Positions 24,601 through 37,080 are shown, counted from the stretch's first letter. The stretch is 64,000 nt of DNA from Raja brachyura (GCA_963514005.1 OY740795.1:744001-808000); one strand, 5' to 3'. The notes: generated from the letters alone by a model not told the origin. Translations and numbers: made by a program.

Positions 24601-25537
24601 ACCGTCCTGTTCGTACTGGTCCCACCTCCCCCTGAACTGATTCCAATGCCCGGGAAATTTGAATCCCTCCCCTTTGCACCATTTTTCAAGCCACGTATTC
24701 ATCTGCAATATCCTCCTATTTCTACTGTGACTAGCACGTGGCACCGGTATTAATCCATAGATTATTACCTTTGAGGTCCTACTTTTACGTTTATCTCGCA
24801 GCTCCCCAAATTCGCCTTGAAGGACCTCATCCCGTTTTTTACCTATATCGTTGGTGCCATGTTCACCACGACAGCTGGCTGTTCACCCGCCCCTTCCAGA
24901 ATGTTCTGCGGCCGTTCAGTGACATCCCTGACCCTTGCATCAGGGAGGCAACATACCATCCTGGAGTCTCGTTTGCGGCCGCAGAAACGCCAACCTATTC
25001 CCCTTACTATTGAATCCCCTATTACAATAGCCCTTCCACACTTCTTTCTCCCCTCCTGTGCCGCAGAGCCACCAATCGTGCCATGAACTTGGCTGCTGCT
25101 GCCTTCCTCTGATGAGCCATCTCCCCCAACAGTATCCAAAATGGTATATCTGTTTAGGAGGGAGATGACCGCAGGGGATTCCTGCACCACCTGCCTACTG
25201 CTACGCTGGGTAATGGCCACCCGTTCCCTGTCTGGCCGCTTAACCTTCGGTGCGACCAACTCACTGTACGTGCTTTTCACGAGCTTCTCAGCACCGTGGA
25301 TGCTCCAGTATGAATCCAACCGCAGCTCCAATCGTTCAATGCGGTCTGCCAGGAGCTGCAGCGGGACACACTTCCTGCAAATGTAGTCACTAAGGACACC
25401 GACAATATCCCTGATCTCCCACATGTTGCAGGATGATCAAACCATGGGGCCGATCTCAAATCAATTGGCTTGTCCCCAAATTAAATCATCTCACACTATA
25501 AAAATCTTAATCCTTTAAACTAACTTTTACTAAAAAG

Positions 25538-25730
25538 CACTGAACCCTTTAGCTCACTGAACCCTTTAGCTCACTAAACCCTTTAGCTCACTGTACCTTT
25601 AACTCACTTTACCTTTAACTCACGGAACCCTTGAACTCACTTTACCTTTAACTCACTTTACCTTTAACTCACTTTACCCTTAACTCACTGAACTATTTAG
25701 TTCACTTTACCTTTAACCCACTTTATCTTT
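25538..25730. repeat. Minisatellite, 16-17 bp unit (CACTTTACCTTTAACT / CACTGAACCCTTTAGCT), about 12 copies, in the CR1 5' UTR
   Basis: Directly visible tandem array. Confidence 0.9.
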
Positions 25731-25819
25731 AATGCAAACCAGGGGTTGCACCCAATCAGCTGCTTCCATCAATCAGCGGCTTCCACCAGAACACTTGTGT
25801 TTAACGTTACAGGTTTGGG

Positions 25820-26015
25820 TTCCTCCTCCGCTTGCTCCAACCGCTCCCGGGCTTCTGTTAAAACAAAGCCCCGCGCTCGAGTTTTAAACTCACCACCCAG
25901 AGACTCCTCCTCTTGCTCCAACGTCTCCTCGGCCTTTGTTAAATCAAAGCCGCGCGTTCGATTTTTAAACTCAACACCCGGACACTCCTCCTTTTGCTCC
26001 AACGTCTCCTGGGCC
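25820..26015 (-). repeat. 81-bp tandem monomers (about 2.4 copies) at the CR1 5' end
   Basis: TTGCTCCAA recurs near 25832, 25913 and 25994. Confidence 0.85.
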
Positions 26016-26029
26016 TCTGGCCAAGAAGG

Positions 26030-26288
26030 AGGCTCAGAACATAGCGAGGCCCACCGCAAATTGGCACCTCATATTTCGTTTGGGTAGTTTACAACGCAGC
26101 GGTATGAACATTGACGTCTCCAATTTCAGGCAGTCCTTTCTTTCTCCCTCCATCCCCTCCCCTTCCAGGCTCCCCATAGCCCACTGTCCCCGCCAGTTCC
26201 ATTTTTCTTCCAGTCCCCACCCCACCCTACATCAGTCTGCAGAAGGGCCTCGTCCCGAAACGTCACCTATTCCTTCTCTCCATAGATC
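26030..26288 (+). mobile_element. Penelope-like 3' remnant
   Basis: SEAHRKL..HLIFRLGSLQRSGMNIDVSNFR-type sequence, then CTGCAGAAGGGCCTCGTCCCGAAACGTCACC. Confidence 0.7.
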
Positions 26289-26289
26289 G

Positions 26290-27192
26290 CCGGTCGCCAG
26301 GCTCCACTCCCTCCCCCACTCCCCAGGACCTTGATGTAGTCACCCCCAGGACATCCCAGAAAACTCTACCGTCTACCAAACCAGCTGGAGATTTGCCACT
26401 CCACCTTCAACTCCGCCAATGAAAAGTGGTCATCAAGGATTTCAAACAGCTCACTATCCACAGTTAGTAGACCATCCCGCAGAAGCAGCTGAGCCTTCCC
26501 GCTGCAACCAAGTGGCGGGAACAGAGACCTATAAAATGACCGAACTAAAGCACTGATCTTCTCTGGATCTTTAACAGGGGAGCCGTCATCCGCGAGCAGC
26601 TCGACGAGATGCTCGCGGATTCACAGCCCTTCATCCAGAGAGAAAAATAAAGGTGATGTATGGTCCGGATCGTGCAGCATCTGGACCCGCGACCTCACGT
26701 AAGCATTTCGGGACCGCTCAAGCTGCAGGTCTCTCCGTGCTTCCTTCCTGTCATGATACTCTCCCCACTCACAGGAGTCCTCACCAATCCGACACAAGCG
26801 AGACTCTGCGTCGAGTAATTCTCTGCTCCCCGCCTTCTGGTTGAACCCGTCGTAAACTCCTGATAAAAGGATGTAAGCCTTTCGCACATCCCACCACTGC
26901 CTAATGGAAGGGATACCACTCCGCCTCTCTCTTCGCTTCACCCAAAACCGACTGAATGACTCCTGGGATCAGCTATCCTCCAGCAGCTTGATATTAAAGT
27001 GCCAGAACGCTGACCCAGCTGCTGTGCGCGCTCGGATAAATCCACTCATACCAGATAGTGGTCCGAGCACGGCACCGGCCGCACAGAGGCCACGAGACAC
27101 GAGAGACATAAGCTCCGGAGATGTATATGCGATCGATACGGGAACTACCCCCTTCAGACTTGCGCGAAAAAGCGTTGGAATCAGGGTGGAAC
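26290..27192 (-). mobile_element. Degenerate Tx1/L1-clade ORF2 fragment
   Basis: With frameshifts it reads SSRIDRIYIS, CSDHYLV, GSAFWHFNIKLLED, RQWWDV, AYVRSRVQ, SPLFFSL, VRSFYRSLF and FWDVLG. This spans the endonuclease end to the RT start. Confidence 0.8.
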
Positions 27193-28990
27193 TGAAATAA
27201 AAATATAAAAGATTCATACCACCAATTTTCACCTTTATTTAGCTGGAACGAAACTTACAAATTCGTTTCACGAGAGATCAGCAAGCTTTAAAAATCCCAC
27301 ATTAAGGCTTTGTAGAGTTGATCGGGAGAATCATCAATATATATATAACACATGCAATATACTTTCAACGGGGACAACATCGGAGAAGGTAAGACTTTAC
27401 CAACTGAATTGAAGGCATTTGCACTATGCAGGCTGCTACATTCAAAGAAACACACTCGTAGGAAAATAGACAATTGTCTTCGTTGCGATTGTGCCAACTA
27501 AATGGCGAGAAATATGGTTCACAATTTTCCCCATCGCTTAGAATAATTCCGCTCAGATTTACTTTTCACGGAATCCGCGACAAAATATGTCCCGGTGAAG
27601 GGATGCTGCATGATAATATTGGCAGAGTTGACGTATGGACAGCTGGAGGAGTGTATTATCACTTAATTTATTAACAATTGGTTTGTTAAGAAGAGTGCGC
27701 GAGCGATGATTTTTTTTAGAACAAGATAACTTCATTTTAATTCATCATTGACAGAATATTTTATTTTCTTCACAGATTGCGAGGGAAGAGGAGAAATGGG
27801 TAGGTACAAAGATAACCCTCCACGTTGTAGTATCAGGGAAACATTATGCGGCTTACTGCCTCTTAACAGCAAATTAACAGAAGGCAGTATCTCTGGAGGA
27901 AAAGAATGGATGACGTTTCTGGTCAGGATCATTCTTCCCCCGAGAGTAGGACGAGGCCACTGGATGCAAGAGTAGGCCAGAACAAGGCATGGAAGGCAAC
28001 ACATGTCTGAGAAAGAAATTAGCCCATGATCGCCCATTGTTGGCTGGGAATACGTGGTAACGAACAACTACAAAGATGCGAACAGTACAACTAGCATGAT
28101 GACTTGGTTGGGGGAGAGATTGAGAGAATATTAGACATGCGACATACGAGATGCAGTTCCTCCATTGATTGCGTGGCCTCGCTCTAAAAGTTGAGGTGGA
28201 CAACGACAGAAGGGATTATATGGGAATGGGAAGAGGTATTAAAATGTTTGCCCTCTGGGAGAACGTAAAGGCAAATGCGGAAATTGATTTGTTACCGTAG
28301 ATAGGACCATAGAATCACAGTCATAGAGTGATACACTGTGGTAGCAGGACCTTCCGCCCATCTCGCCACACTGGCCAACAATATATCAGTTACACTAGTC
28401 TGGAAGGGGACCGACTTAACAAGAGGGGGACCGACCTTCTGGCAGGCAGGTTTGCTAGGGCTGCACGTGTGGGTTTAAACTAAATAGTGGGGGGAGGGAT
28501 TGACAAGTCGGGAGTATAAAGATGGAGTTGAGGGGGAAGTGGCTACAGGGAAAAATACAAAAGCTTCTCGATTTAATGGGATGGAAAGCTCGAGAATAGA
28601 CAAAAGATTATGGCCAGGGACAATTGCGAGTGGTGCGAGGGGGGAAGTGAATATGGAGGTGAAAGTGCTGTATATGAATGCACGAAGTATAAGGAATAAA
28701 GTGGACGAGCTTGAGGCACAGTTAGAAACTGGCAAGTGTGATGTTGTGGGAACTACTGAGACATGGCTGCAAGAGGGCCAAGGTTGGGAACTGAATTTTC
28801 AAGGGGGGAAGACAGACAGGTGGGTAGAGGGGATGGGGTTGTCATGTTGGTGAGGAATGAAATTCAGTCCCTTGCAAGGGGTGACATTGAAACACGAGAT
28901 GTGGAGTCAGTATGGATGGAACTATGGAATTGAAAGGGTAAGAAGACCCTAAAGGGACTAATCTACAGGTCCCAAACAGTAGCCTGGAGA

Positions 28991-29743
28991 TTGTTTCTCG
29001 ACAAGTCCTTCAGTGAGATTGTTACACCCAAGGCACTAGAAGAGAGAAGGTGGGTGACGGTGAGAAAGGGAGGAAAACATGGGATGCAAAGGTCCCCGGG
29101 TGTTGTACCTCTTGTGAACAGGTTCACCCACGTGGAAGCTGCCGGGACAGAAGACGGTATCCCACTGAGCGGCGGACTGGCTTGCCAAACAAAAAGGGCT
29201 GATGTGCCAAACCCACAGAGGCCAAAGTCGGGCAACGCCATTGTAGTTGGAGACTCCATTGTGAGAGGTACGGACAGGGGTTTTTGCGGCAACAGACGGG
29301 ATTCCAGGATGGTGTGCTGCCTTCCTGGTGCCAGGATCCAGGATGTTACGGACAGAGTGCAGACAATCCTCAAGGGCGAAGGTGACCAGCCGGAAGTGGT
29401 CGTGCATGTTGGCACAAATGATGTTGGAAAGAAGGAGATGAATTTTTTGCAGCGGGACTTCAGAGAGCTCGGAAAAATGCTGAAAAGCAGGACTTCCAGG
29501 GTTGTTATCTCCGGTTTGCTTCCAGTTCCTCGTGCTGGCGAGAGCAGGAACAGGGAGATATGGGACCTGAATGTGTGGCTGAGGAACTGGTGCAGGGGGC
29601 AGGGATTTAGATTCTTAGATCACTGGGATTCTTTTTATAGTAAGGGGGAACTGTACAAAAGGGACGGATTGCATCTTAACAGGTGGGGGACCAGCATTCT
29701 GGCCGGCAGGTTTGCCACTGCTACACGGATGGTTTTAAACTGA
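28991..29743 (+). CDS. CR1 ORF1 (SGNH/GDSL esterase-like), 5'-truncated
   Basis: Motifs VVGDSIVRG, LPGA, VVVHVGTNDV and DGLHLN. Confidence 0.88.
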   Translation: MFLDKSFSEIVTPKALEERRWVTVRKGGKHGMQRSPGVVPLVNRFTHVEAAGTEDGIPLSGGLACQTKRADVPNPQRPKSGNAIVVGDSIVRGTDRGFCGNRRDSRMVCCLPGARIQDVTDRVQTILKGEGDQPEVVVHVGTNDVGKKEMNFLQRDFRELGKMLKSRTSRVVISGLLPVPRAGESRNREIWDLNVWLRNWCRGQGFRFLDHWDSFYSKGELYKRDGLHLNRWGTSILAGRFATATRMVLN

Positions 29744-32700
29744 ATAAGGGGGGTGGGGTATCAAATGGGATAGTCGAGGACGGAGTTAGAGGGAAAGAGA
29801 GTAAAGCGATGGTTAATGACCCCAGAATTAACGGGGAAGAAAGCTCACAAAGGGATAGGAGAGTATGGCCAAGTGTAATAGGGATCGATGTGAAAGGGGC
29901 CACTTGTCAACATCATTGTATAAGGAGTAAGAGTGTTGTAAAAACAAGCCTGAAGGCTTTGTGTCTCAATGCGAGGAGCATTCGTAATAAGGTGGATGAG
30001 TTGAAGGTGCAGATAGCGATTAATGACTATGCTATAGTTGGAATCACGGAGACTTGGCTCCAGGATGACCAAGGTTGGGAGCTGAACATCCAGGGATATT
30101 CAATATTCAGGAGGGATAGACGAAAAGGAAAAGGAGGTGGGGTAGCGTTGCTGGTGAGAGAGGAGATTAATGCAATAGAAAGGAAGGACATTAGCGTGGA
30201 GGATGTGGAATCGATATGGGTAGAGCTGCGAAACTCTAAGGGGCAGAAAACGCTAGTGGGAACTGTGTACAGGCCACCTAACAGTAGTATTGGAGTTGGG
30301 GATGGCATCAAACAGGAAATTAGAAATGCGTGCAACAAGGGTAACACGGTTATAATGGGTGACTTCAATCTGCATGTAGATTGGGTGAATCAAATTGGCA
30401 GGGGTGCTGAGGAAGAGGATTTCCTGGAATGTATGCGGGATAGTTTTCTCAACCAACATGTGGAGGAACCAACGAGAGAGCAGGCTATCCTAGACTGGGT
30501 ATTGAGTAATGAGGAAGGGTTAGTTAGCAGTCTTGTTGTGCGTGGCCCCTTGGGCAAGAGTGACCATAATATGGTTGAGTTCTTCATTAGGATGGAGAGT
30601 GACAAAATTAAGTCAGAAACAAGGGTTCTGAACTTGAACAAAGGTAACTTTGAAGGTATGAGATGTGAATTGGCCAAGATAGACTGGCAGGTGATTCTTA
30701 AAGGGTTGACAGTGGATGTGCAATGGAAGGTATTTAAAGACTGCATGGATGAAGTACAAAAGTTGTTCATACCAGTTTGGCAAAAGAATAAATCGGGGAA
30801 GGTGGTGCATCCATGGATAACAAGGGAAATCAGGGATAGTATAAAAACAAAAGATGAGGCATACAAATTTGCCAGAAAAAGCAGCCTACCGGAGGACTGG
30901 GAGAAATTCAGAATCCAGCAGAGGAGGACAAAGGGCTTAATTAGGAAAGGGAAAATAGATTATGAAAGGAAACTGGCAGGGAACATAAAAACTGACTGCA
31001 AAAGTTTTTATAGATATGTAAAGAGAAAGAGACTAGTTAAAACAAATGTTGGTCCCTTGCAGTCAGAAACAGGTGAATTGATCATGGGGAACAAGGACAT
31101 GGCAGACCAATTGAATAACTACTTTGGTTCTGTCTTCACTAAGGAAGACATAAATAATCTGCCGGAAATAGCAGTGCAACGGGGGTCAAATAAGATGGAG
31201 GAACTGAGTGAAATCCAGGTTAGCCGGGAGGTGGTGTTGGGTAAATTGAACGGATTGAAGGCCGATAAATCCCCAGGGCCAGATAGTCTGCATCCCAGAG
31301 TACTCAAGGAGGTAGCCACAGAAATAGTGGATGCATTAGTGATAATTTTTCAAAATTCCTTAGATTCTGGAGTAGTTCCTGAGGATTGGAGGGTAGCTAA
31401 TGTAACCCCACTTTTTAAAAAAGGAGGGAGAGAGAAAGCGGGGAATTACAGACCAGTTAGTCTAACATCGGTAGTGGGGAAACTGCTAGAGTCAGTTATT
31501 AAAGATGGGATAGCAGCGCATTTGGAAAGTGGTGAAATCATTGGACAAAGTCAGCATGGATTTACGAAAGGTAAATCATGTCTGACAAATCTGATAGAAT
31601 TTTTCGAGGATGTAACTAGTAGAGTGGATAAGGGAGAACCAGTGGATGTGTTATATCTAGACTTTCAGAAGGCTTTCGACAAGGTCCCGCATAAGAGATT
31701 AGCATACAAACTTAAAGCACACGGTATTGGGGGTTCAGTATTGATGTGGATAGAGAACTGGCTAGCAGACAGGAGGCAAAGGGTAGGAGTAAACGGGTCC
31801 TTTTCAGAATGGCAGGCAGTGACTAGTGGGGTGCCGCAAGGCTCAGTGCTGGGACCCCAGCTATTTACAATATATATTAATGATTTGGACGAGGGAATTC
31901 AATGCAACATCTCCAAATTTGCAGATGATACCAAGCTGGGGGGTATAGTTAGGTGTGAGGAGGATGCTTGGAGGCTGCAGGGTGATTTGGATAGGCTGAG
32001 TGAATGGGCAGATGCATGGCAGATGCAGTACAATGTGGATAAATGTGAGGTTATCCACTTTGGTGGCAAAAACATGAGGGTAGACTATTATCTGAATGGT
32101 GGCAGATTAGGTAAGGGGGAGATGCAACGAGACCTGGGTGTCATGGTACACCAGTCATTGAAAGTAGGCATGCAGGTGCAGCAGGCAGTGAAGAAAGCAA
32201 ATGGTATGTTAGCATTCATAGCGAAAGGATTTGAGTATAGGAGCAGGGAGGTTCTACTGCAGTTGTACAGGGTTTTGGTGAGGCCACACCTGGAGTACTG
32301 CGTACAGTTTTGGTCTCCAAATCTGAGGAAAGACATCCTTGCCATAGAGGGGGTACAGAGAAGATTCACCAGACTGATTCCTGGGATGTCAGGACTTTCA
32401 TATGAGGAAAGATTGGATAGACTCGGTTTGTACTCGATGGAATTTAGAAGATTGAGGGGGGATCTTATAGAAACCTACAAAATTCTTAAGGGGTTGGACA
32501 AGCTAGATGCTGGAAGATTGTTCCCGATGTTGGGGGAGTCCAGAACAAGGGGTCACAGTCTAAGGATAAGGGGGAATTCCTTTAGGACCGAAATGAGGAA
32601 AACATTCTTTACACAGAGAGTGGTGAGTCTCTGGAATTCTCTGCCACAGAAGGTAGTTGAGGCCAGTTCATTGGCTATATTTAAGAGGGCATTAGATGTG

Positions 32701-32853
32701 GCACTTGTGGCTAAAGGGATCAGGGGGTATGGAGAGAAGGCAGGTACGGGATACTGAGTTGGATGATCAGCCATGATCACATTGAATGGCGGTGCAGGCT
32801 CGAAGGGCCGAATGGCCTACTCCTGCACCTATTTTCTATGTCTATTTTCTATG
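28992..32853 (+). mobile_element. Young CR1 LINE, 5'-truncated in ORF1, with intact ORF2
   Basis: Inserted at GGAGAT|AGG of the host CR1; the empty site is seen near 6240. TTCTATG tail at the 3' end. Confidence 0.95.
29683..32757 (+). CDS. CR1 ORF2: APE endonuclease plus reverse transcriptase, uninterrupted (1024 codons; true start uncertain)
   Basis: Endonuclease motifs LNARS, GITETWL, GDFN, SDHN. RT motifs KSPGPD, NYRPVSLTS, QGSVLGP, FADD. No stops. Confidence 0.95.
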   Translation: MGDQHSGRQVCHCYTDGFKLNKGGGVSNGIVEDGVRGKESKAMVNDPRINGEESSQRDRRVWPSVIGIDVKGATCQHHCIRSKSVVKTSLKALCLNARSIRNKVDELKVQIAINDYAIVGITETWLQDDQGWELNIQGYSIFRRDRRKGKGGGVALLVREEINAIERKDISVEDVESIWVELRNSKGQKTLVGTVYRPPNSSIGVGDGIKQEIRNACNKGNTVIMGDFNLHVDWVNQIGRGAEEEDFLECMRDSFLNQHVEEPTREQAILDWVLSNEEGLVSSLVVRGPLGKSDHNMVEFFIRMESDKIKSETRVLNLNKGNFEGMRCELAKIDWQVILKGLTVDVQWKVFKDCMDEVQKLFIPVWQKNKSGKVVHPWITREIRDSIKTKDEAYKFARKSSLPEDWEKFRIQQRRTKGLIRKGKIDYERKLAGNIKTDCKSFYRYVKRKRLVKTNVGPLQSETGELIMGNKDMADQLNNYFGSVFTKEDINNLPEIAVQRGSNKMEELSEIQVSREVVLGKLNGLKADKSPGPDSLHPRVLKEVATEIVDALVIIFQNSLDSGVVPEDWRVANVTPLFKKGGREKAGNYRPVSLTSVVGKLLESVIKDGIAAHLESGEIIGQSQHGFTKGKSCLTNLIEFFEDVTSRVDKGEPVDVLYLDFQKAFDKVPHKRLAYKLKAHGIGGSVLMWIENWLADRRQRVGVNGSFSEWQAVTSGVPQGSVLGPQLFTIYINDLDEGIQCNISKFADDTKLGGIVRCEEDAWRLQGDLDRLSEWADAWQMQYNVDKCEVIHFGGKNMRVDYYLNGGRLGKGEMQRDLGVMVHQSLKVGMQVQQAVKKANGMLAFIAKGFEYRSREVLLQLYRVLVRPHLEYCVQFWSPNLRKDILAIEGVQRRFTRLIPGMSGLSYEERLDRLGLYSMEFRRLRGDLIETYKILKGLDKLDAGRLFPMLGESRTRGHSLRIRGNSFRTEMRKTFFTQRVVSLWNSLPQKVVEASSLAIFKRALDVALVAKGIRGYGEKAGTGY

Positions 32854-35800
32854 ATAGGTCGCAAGTTGAATCAGGAGTTAAAATGGGCAAGTAGTAAACG
32901 TACTTCTGTGGTGGTTATCGGAGATTTCAACATGCAGATGGACTGGGAAAATCAGGTTGGTACTGGAGCCCAAGAAACGGACTTTGTAGAGTGCCTTCGT
33001 AATGGATTATTTGAACAGCTTGTATTGGAGCCTACAAGAGAGAAGGCAATTCTGGATTTAGTGTTATGTAATGAACCGGATTTTATAAAGGACCTCGAGG
33101 TTAATGAGCCATTAGGAGGCAGTGACCATAACATGGTCAGGTTTCCTCCACAATTGGAGAGGGAGAAGGGTAGATCGGAGGTGTCGGTGTTATAGTTGAA
33201 TAAATGGGACTAAGGGGCCATGAGCGATGAGCTGGCCAGTGTTGACTGGAAATATACACTAGCAGGGACAAAAATGGTAGGTTGTTCTAGGAATAATACA
33301 GAAGGTGCAGGATCATTTCATTCCTAGGAGGAAGAAAGATTCCAAGGGGAGAAAATTACGTCCATGGCTTAGAAGGGACGTTAGTGACATTATAAAAATT
33401 AAAGCGAAGAAGTACATCGTATCAAAGATGAGCGGGTAGCAAGTAGATCGGGTAATGTTTAAGGAACAACAGAAGATAACTAAAAATACAATACCGGAAG
33501 AAATATGAAGTACCAAGATAAGCTAGCCAAGAATATAAAGCAGGATATTAAAAGCGTGTTTAGGTATGTGAAGAGGAAAGAAATAGTAAAGACCAAAGTT
33601 GGACCCTTGAAGACCGAAAAAGGTGCATTTATTATGGAGAACATGGAAATGGCAGATGATTTGAACAGTTACTTTGGATCTGTCTTCACTAAGTAGGACA
33701 CAAACAATCTTCCTGATATAGTATTGGCCAGAGGATCTGGGGTGACGGAGGAACTGAAGGAAATCCACATTAGGCAGGAAATGGTGTTGGATAGACCTAT
33801 GGGACTGAAGGCTGTTAAATACCCAAGCCTGATGGTTTGCATCAGAAGGGTACTTCAGGACGTGGCTCCAGAAATGCATTGATGCATTGGTGATATTTTT
33901 CCAATGTTCTATAGCCTCAGGATCTGTCCCTGTGGATTGGAGGGTTGCTAATGATATCCTACTTTTAAGAAAGGTGGGAGAGAGAAAACAGGGGATTACA
34001 GACCAGTTAGCCTGACATAGGTGGTGGTGAAGATGCTGGAGACAATTATAAAACATGAAATAGCCGAACATTTGGATAGTAGTAACAGGATCGGTCCGAA
34101 TCAGCATGCGTTTACGAAGGGGAAATCATGCTTGACTAATCTTCTGGAATTTTTTTGAAGATATAACTAGGAAAATGGACAAAGGAGAGCCAGTGGATGT
34201 AGTGTATCTGGAATTTCAGAAAACATTTCATAAGGTCCGACATAGGAAATTAGTGGGCAAAATTAGGGCGCATGGTATTGGGGGTAGAGTGCTGACATGG
34301 ATAAAGAAGTGGTTGCCAGACAGGAAACAACGAGTAGGGATTAACCGGTCCCTTTCAGAATTGCAGGCAGTGACTAGTGGGGTAGCGCAAGGCTCGGTGC
34401 TGGGACAGCAGCTATTTACAATATACATGAATGATTTGGATGAAGGGATTCAAAGTAACATCAGCAAATTTGCAGATGACATGAAGCTGGGTGGCAGTGT
34501 GAACTATGAGGAGGATGCTATAAGAATGCAGGGTGACTTGGACAGGTTGGGGGAGTGGGCAGATGCATGGCAGATGAAGTTTAATGCGGATAAATGTGAG
34601 GTTATCCAGCTTGGCAGCAAAAACAGGAAGGCACATTACTGTCTAAATGGTATCAATTTGGAAAAAACGGAAATACAACGGGATCTGTGGGTCCTTGTGC
34701 ATCAGTCTATGAAAGTAAGCATGCAGGTAAAGCAGGCAGTGAAGAAAGCGAATGGCATGCTGGCCTGTATAACCTTGGAATCTAATATAAGAACAAAGAC
34801 GTCCTTCCGCAGTTGTGCAGAGCCCTAGTGAGACCACACCTGGAGTATTGTGTGCAGTTTTGGTCCCCTAATTTGAGGAAGGACTTTCTTGCTATTGAGG
34901 GAGTGCAGCGTAGGTTTACAAGGTTAATTCCCGGGATGCCGGGACTGTCATGTGCTGAAAGAATGGAGGAGCTGGGCTTGAACGCTCTGGAGTTTAGAAG
35001 GATGAGAGGGGATCTCATTGAAAGACATAGGATTTTCAAGGGCTTGGACAGCCTAGAGGCAGGAAACATGTTGCCGATGTTTGGGGAAACTGGAATCAGA
35101 GGCCACATTTTAAGTATAAGGAGTAAGCCGTTTCGAACGCAGAAGAGAAAACACTTTTACTCACAGAGAGTGGCGAGTCTGTGGAATTCTCTGCCTCACA
35201 GGGCGATGGAGGCGGATTCTCTGGATGCTGACAAGAGAGAACTGGATAGGTCTCTTAAAAATAGTGGAGTCAGGGGATATGGGGAGAAGGCGGGAACGAG
35301 GCACTGATTGGGGATGATCAGCCATGATCACAATGAATGGCGGTGCTGGCTCGAAGGGCCGAATGGCCTACTCCTGCAGCTATTCTCTATTGTCTATTGT
35401 CTATATTCCAGTCCCACTTGCCTGCACTTGGGCCATATCCCTTCAAATCTCTCCTATTCTATCTAACTGTTTCTTAATCGATTGGATAGTCCCAGCCTCA
35501 CTACCTCCTGTCGCAGCTTGTTCCATACACCCACTACCCTTTGTGTGGAAATGTTTCCCCACGGATTGCTATTGAATATCTTTCCTTTCTCCTTGAACCT
35601 ATGTCCTCTGGTAGTCGATTCGCTGGGCAAAAGACTCTGTGCATCTACCCGGTGTATTCCTCTCATGATTTTGTATTTCTGGCACACCTCACCTGTAGCT
35701 TTACTTTCGATAGAAGTTTTCCGCATAGAGAAGGTATTTTAAGCACGGTATCAATATGGAACTTTACACAATCTAGATCATCCGCTGTTGAAACAGCAGA

Positions 35801-36160
35801 TTCTCTTTAAGCCGTAAACCTCGTTAATGTGCAACGATACGTGTTTTCAATGATGAAAGGAAATCATAAATACAACTTGTTGCACTTATTCAACAAAAAA
35901 TCTTCACTCGTTTGAAAACATGTATGTTCCAGGCATATGTATACATATTCAAGAAAGCACATAAGTTGAATGATTGAACGGGGCACATGATGATACGTAC
36001 AAGAGGTGAGACTCAATTGAGCCCAAGAACCTACTAAGCAGGTGGGCGTGCACGACAGTGCGAATGGACATAAAATGTCCACACATTAAATGTTGTCTTT
36101 TCACACAAACGCTACCGCAAAGCAACGTATGGAGCTAGCTGGTCACTCGTTTTTGTTATA

Positions 36161-37080
36161 TTATTTGAACTTACACTTTACCGATATAAATATCTTTCCA
36201 GTGCAAATGACCGGATAGGTTAGCAGACGGGACAGATCCTCTCTGAACTTGCTCTGTGTCACAGTGTAAATCGCCGTATTGGTGCAGGAGCTCAGCAGCT
36301 GAAGCATCAATCCAACCCTTTCCAATCCACCCACATAGTCTATCCAGGTCTTGCGCATAAACACTTTCAAACTTCGATACGCTATAAAATATGCCACACT
36401 TGTGGCCCAGAGAAGGATGAAGCAGCTCGATATTGCCAGAAGTAAAACGACCGACCGTCTGCGATTCACCATCTCCTGGTCTTTATTTTTCTGCCCACCG
36501 CTGAGGTCTCGGAGATTCCTGCGGATTCGACTGGCCACGAAAATACGTCTGACGGTGAGCGTGTTAAACAACAAAATCAGGCAGAATGGAATCACCGGGG
36601 TGAACAACTGTTCGGTCCAAGAGAATGCCATCCATTCGAGGCGCATGAAAAAATGGACAAGTTTGCGGCAACCATGCGGTCTACCCCATCCGGAATAAGG
36701 AACGTAGGCGAAGGGCAAGGGTAGGTTTTTGAGGCAGACTAATGGGATCACTGTCAGGATAACAATTGACGCGGTTCTCTCGGTGCAATATTTAGTTTTC
36801 ATGTTCTGAGTAGAGATCGCAACAAAGCGATCAAAAGTGAAAGCGACTGTGAACCATACAGAGCAATTCACCGTGACGGATGCCAGGAAGATCGTTATTT
36901 TGCACACAGGAGTGTAGGGCAAGGAAGCATGCCACCAATACAGCTCAGCAATCCGGTGAAATATCACCTCACAGAGAATCACAGAGAGGTCCGCGGTCGC
37001 CATGGCAACCATGTAACGAGTGATGCGCTTGGAAAGGCCGCACTTGCCACGGGACAGGATAACAATCGCCATCAGATTCA
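36161..37080 (-). CDS. GPR139-like class A GPCR, exon 2 (intact gene, 330 aa)
   Basis: Acceptor TTTCCCAG at 37081. Hydrophobic TM segments with MAxADL (TM2), FTFDRFVAI (DRY variant), an ECL2 Cys, SSCTNTAIY (NPxxY variant) and KFR helix 8. Exons of 73 + 920 nt make 331 codons including the stop. Confidence 0.9.

Larger units (their letters stand above)
21857..26015 (-). mobile_element. Near full-length decayed CR1 LINE (5' UTR, ORF1, ORF2 with internal deletion)
   Basis: ORF1 24843..25424: MWEIRD..ICRKC, coiled coil and GDSIVRG esterase. ORF2 fragments with GDFN and QGSVLGP. About 400 bp of ORF2 is missing at about 23762 relative to the intact copy. Confidence 0.92.
28400..35403 (+). mobile_element. 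Old CR1 LINE split by a younger CR1 (host parts 28400-28991 and 32854-35403)
   Basis: Colinear with 5620-8945. Fragmented ORF2 and a (CTATTGT)n tail. Confidence 0.88.

Noticed and set aside
25769-26059. Repetitive acidic 96-aa ORF
   Set aside because: By-product of the 81-bp CR1 5' UTR monomers.
26290-27192. Minus-strand stretch after a TTTCAG acceptor-like site, first considered as an Ig constant exon
   Set aside because: Translation gives Tx1/L1 ORF2 motifs and no C1-set pattern. No constant exon was found anywhere in the window.
35403-35417. 15-bp reverse-complement match to the D segment
   Set aside because: No RSS. It arises at the junction of a CR1 tail and another repeat that already contains AGTCCCAC; coincidence.
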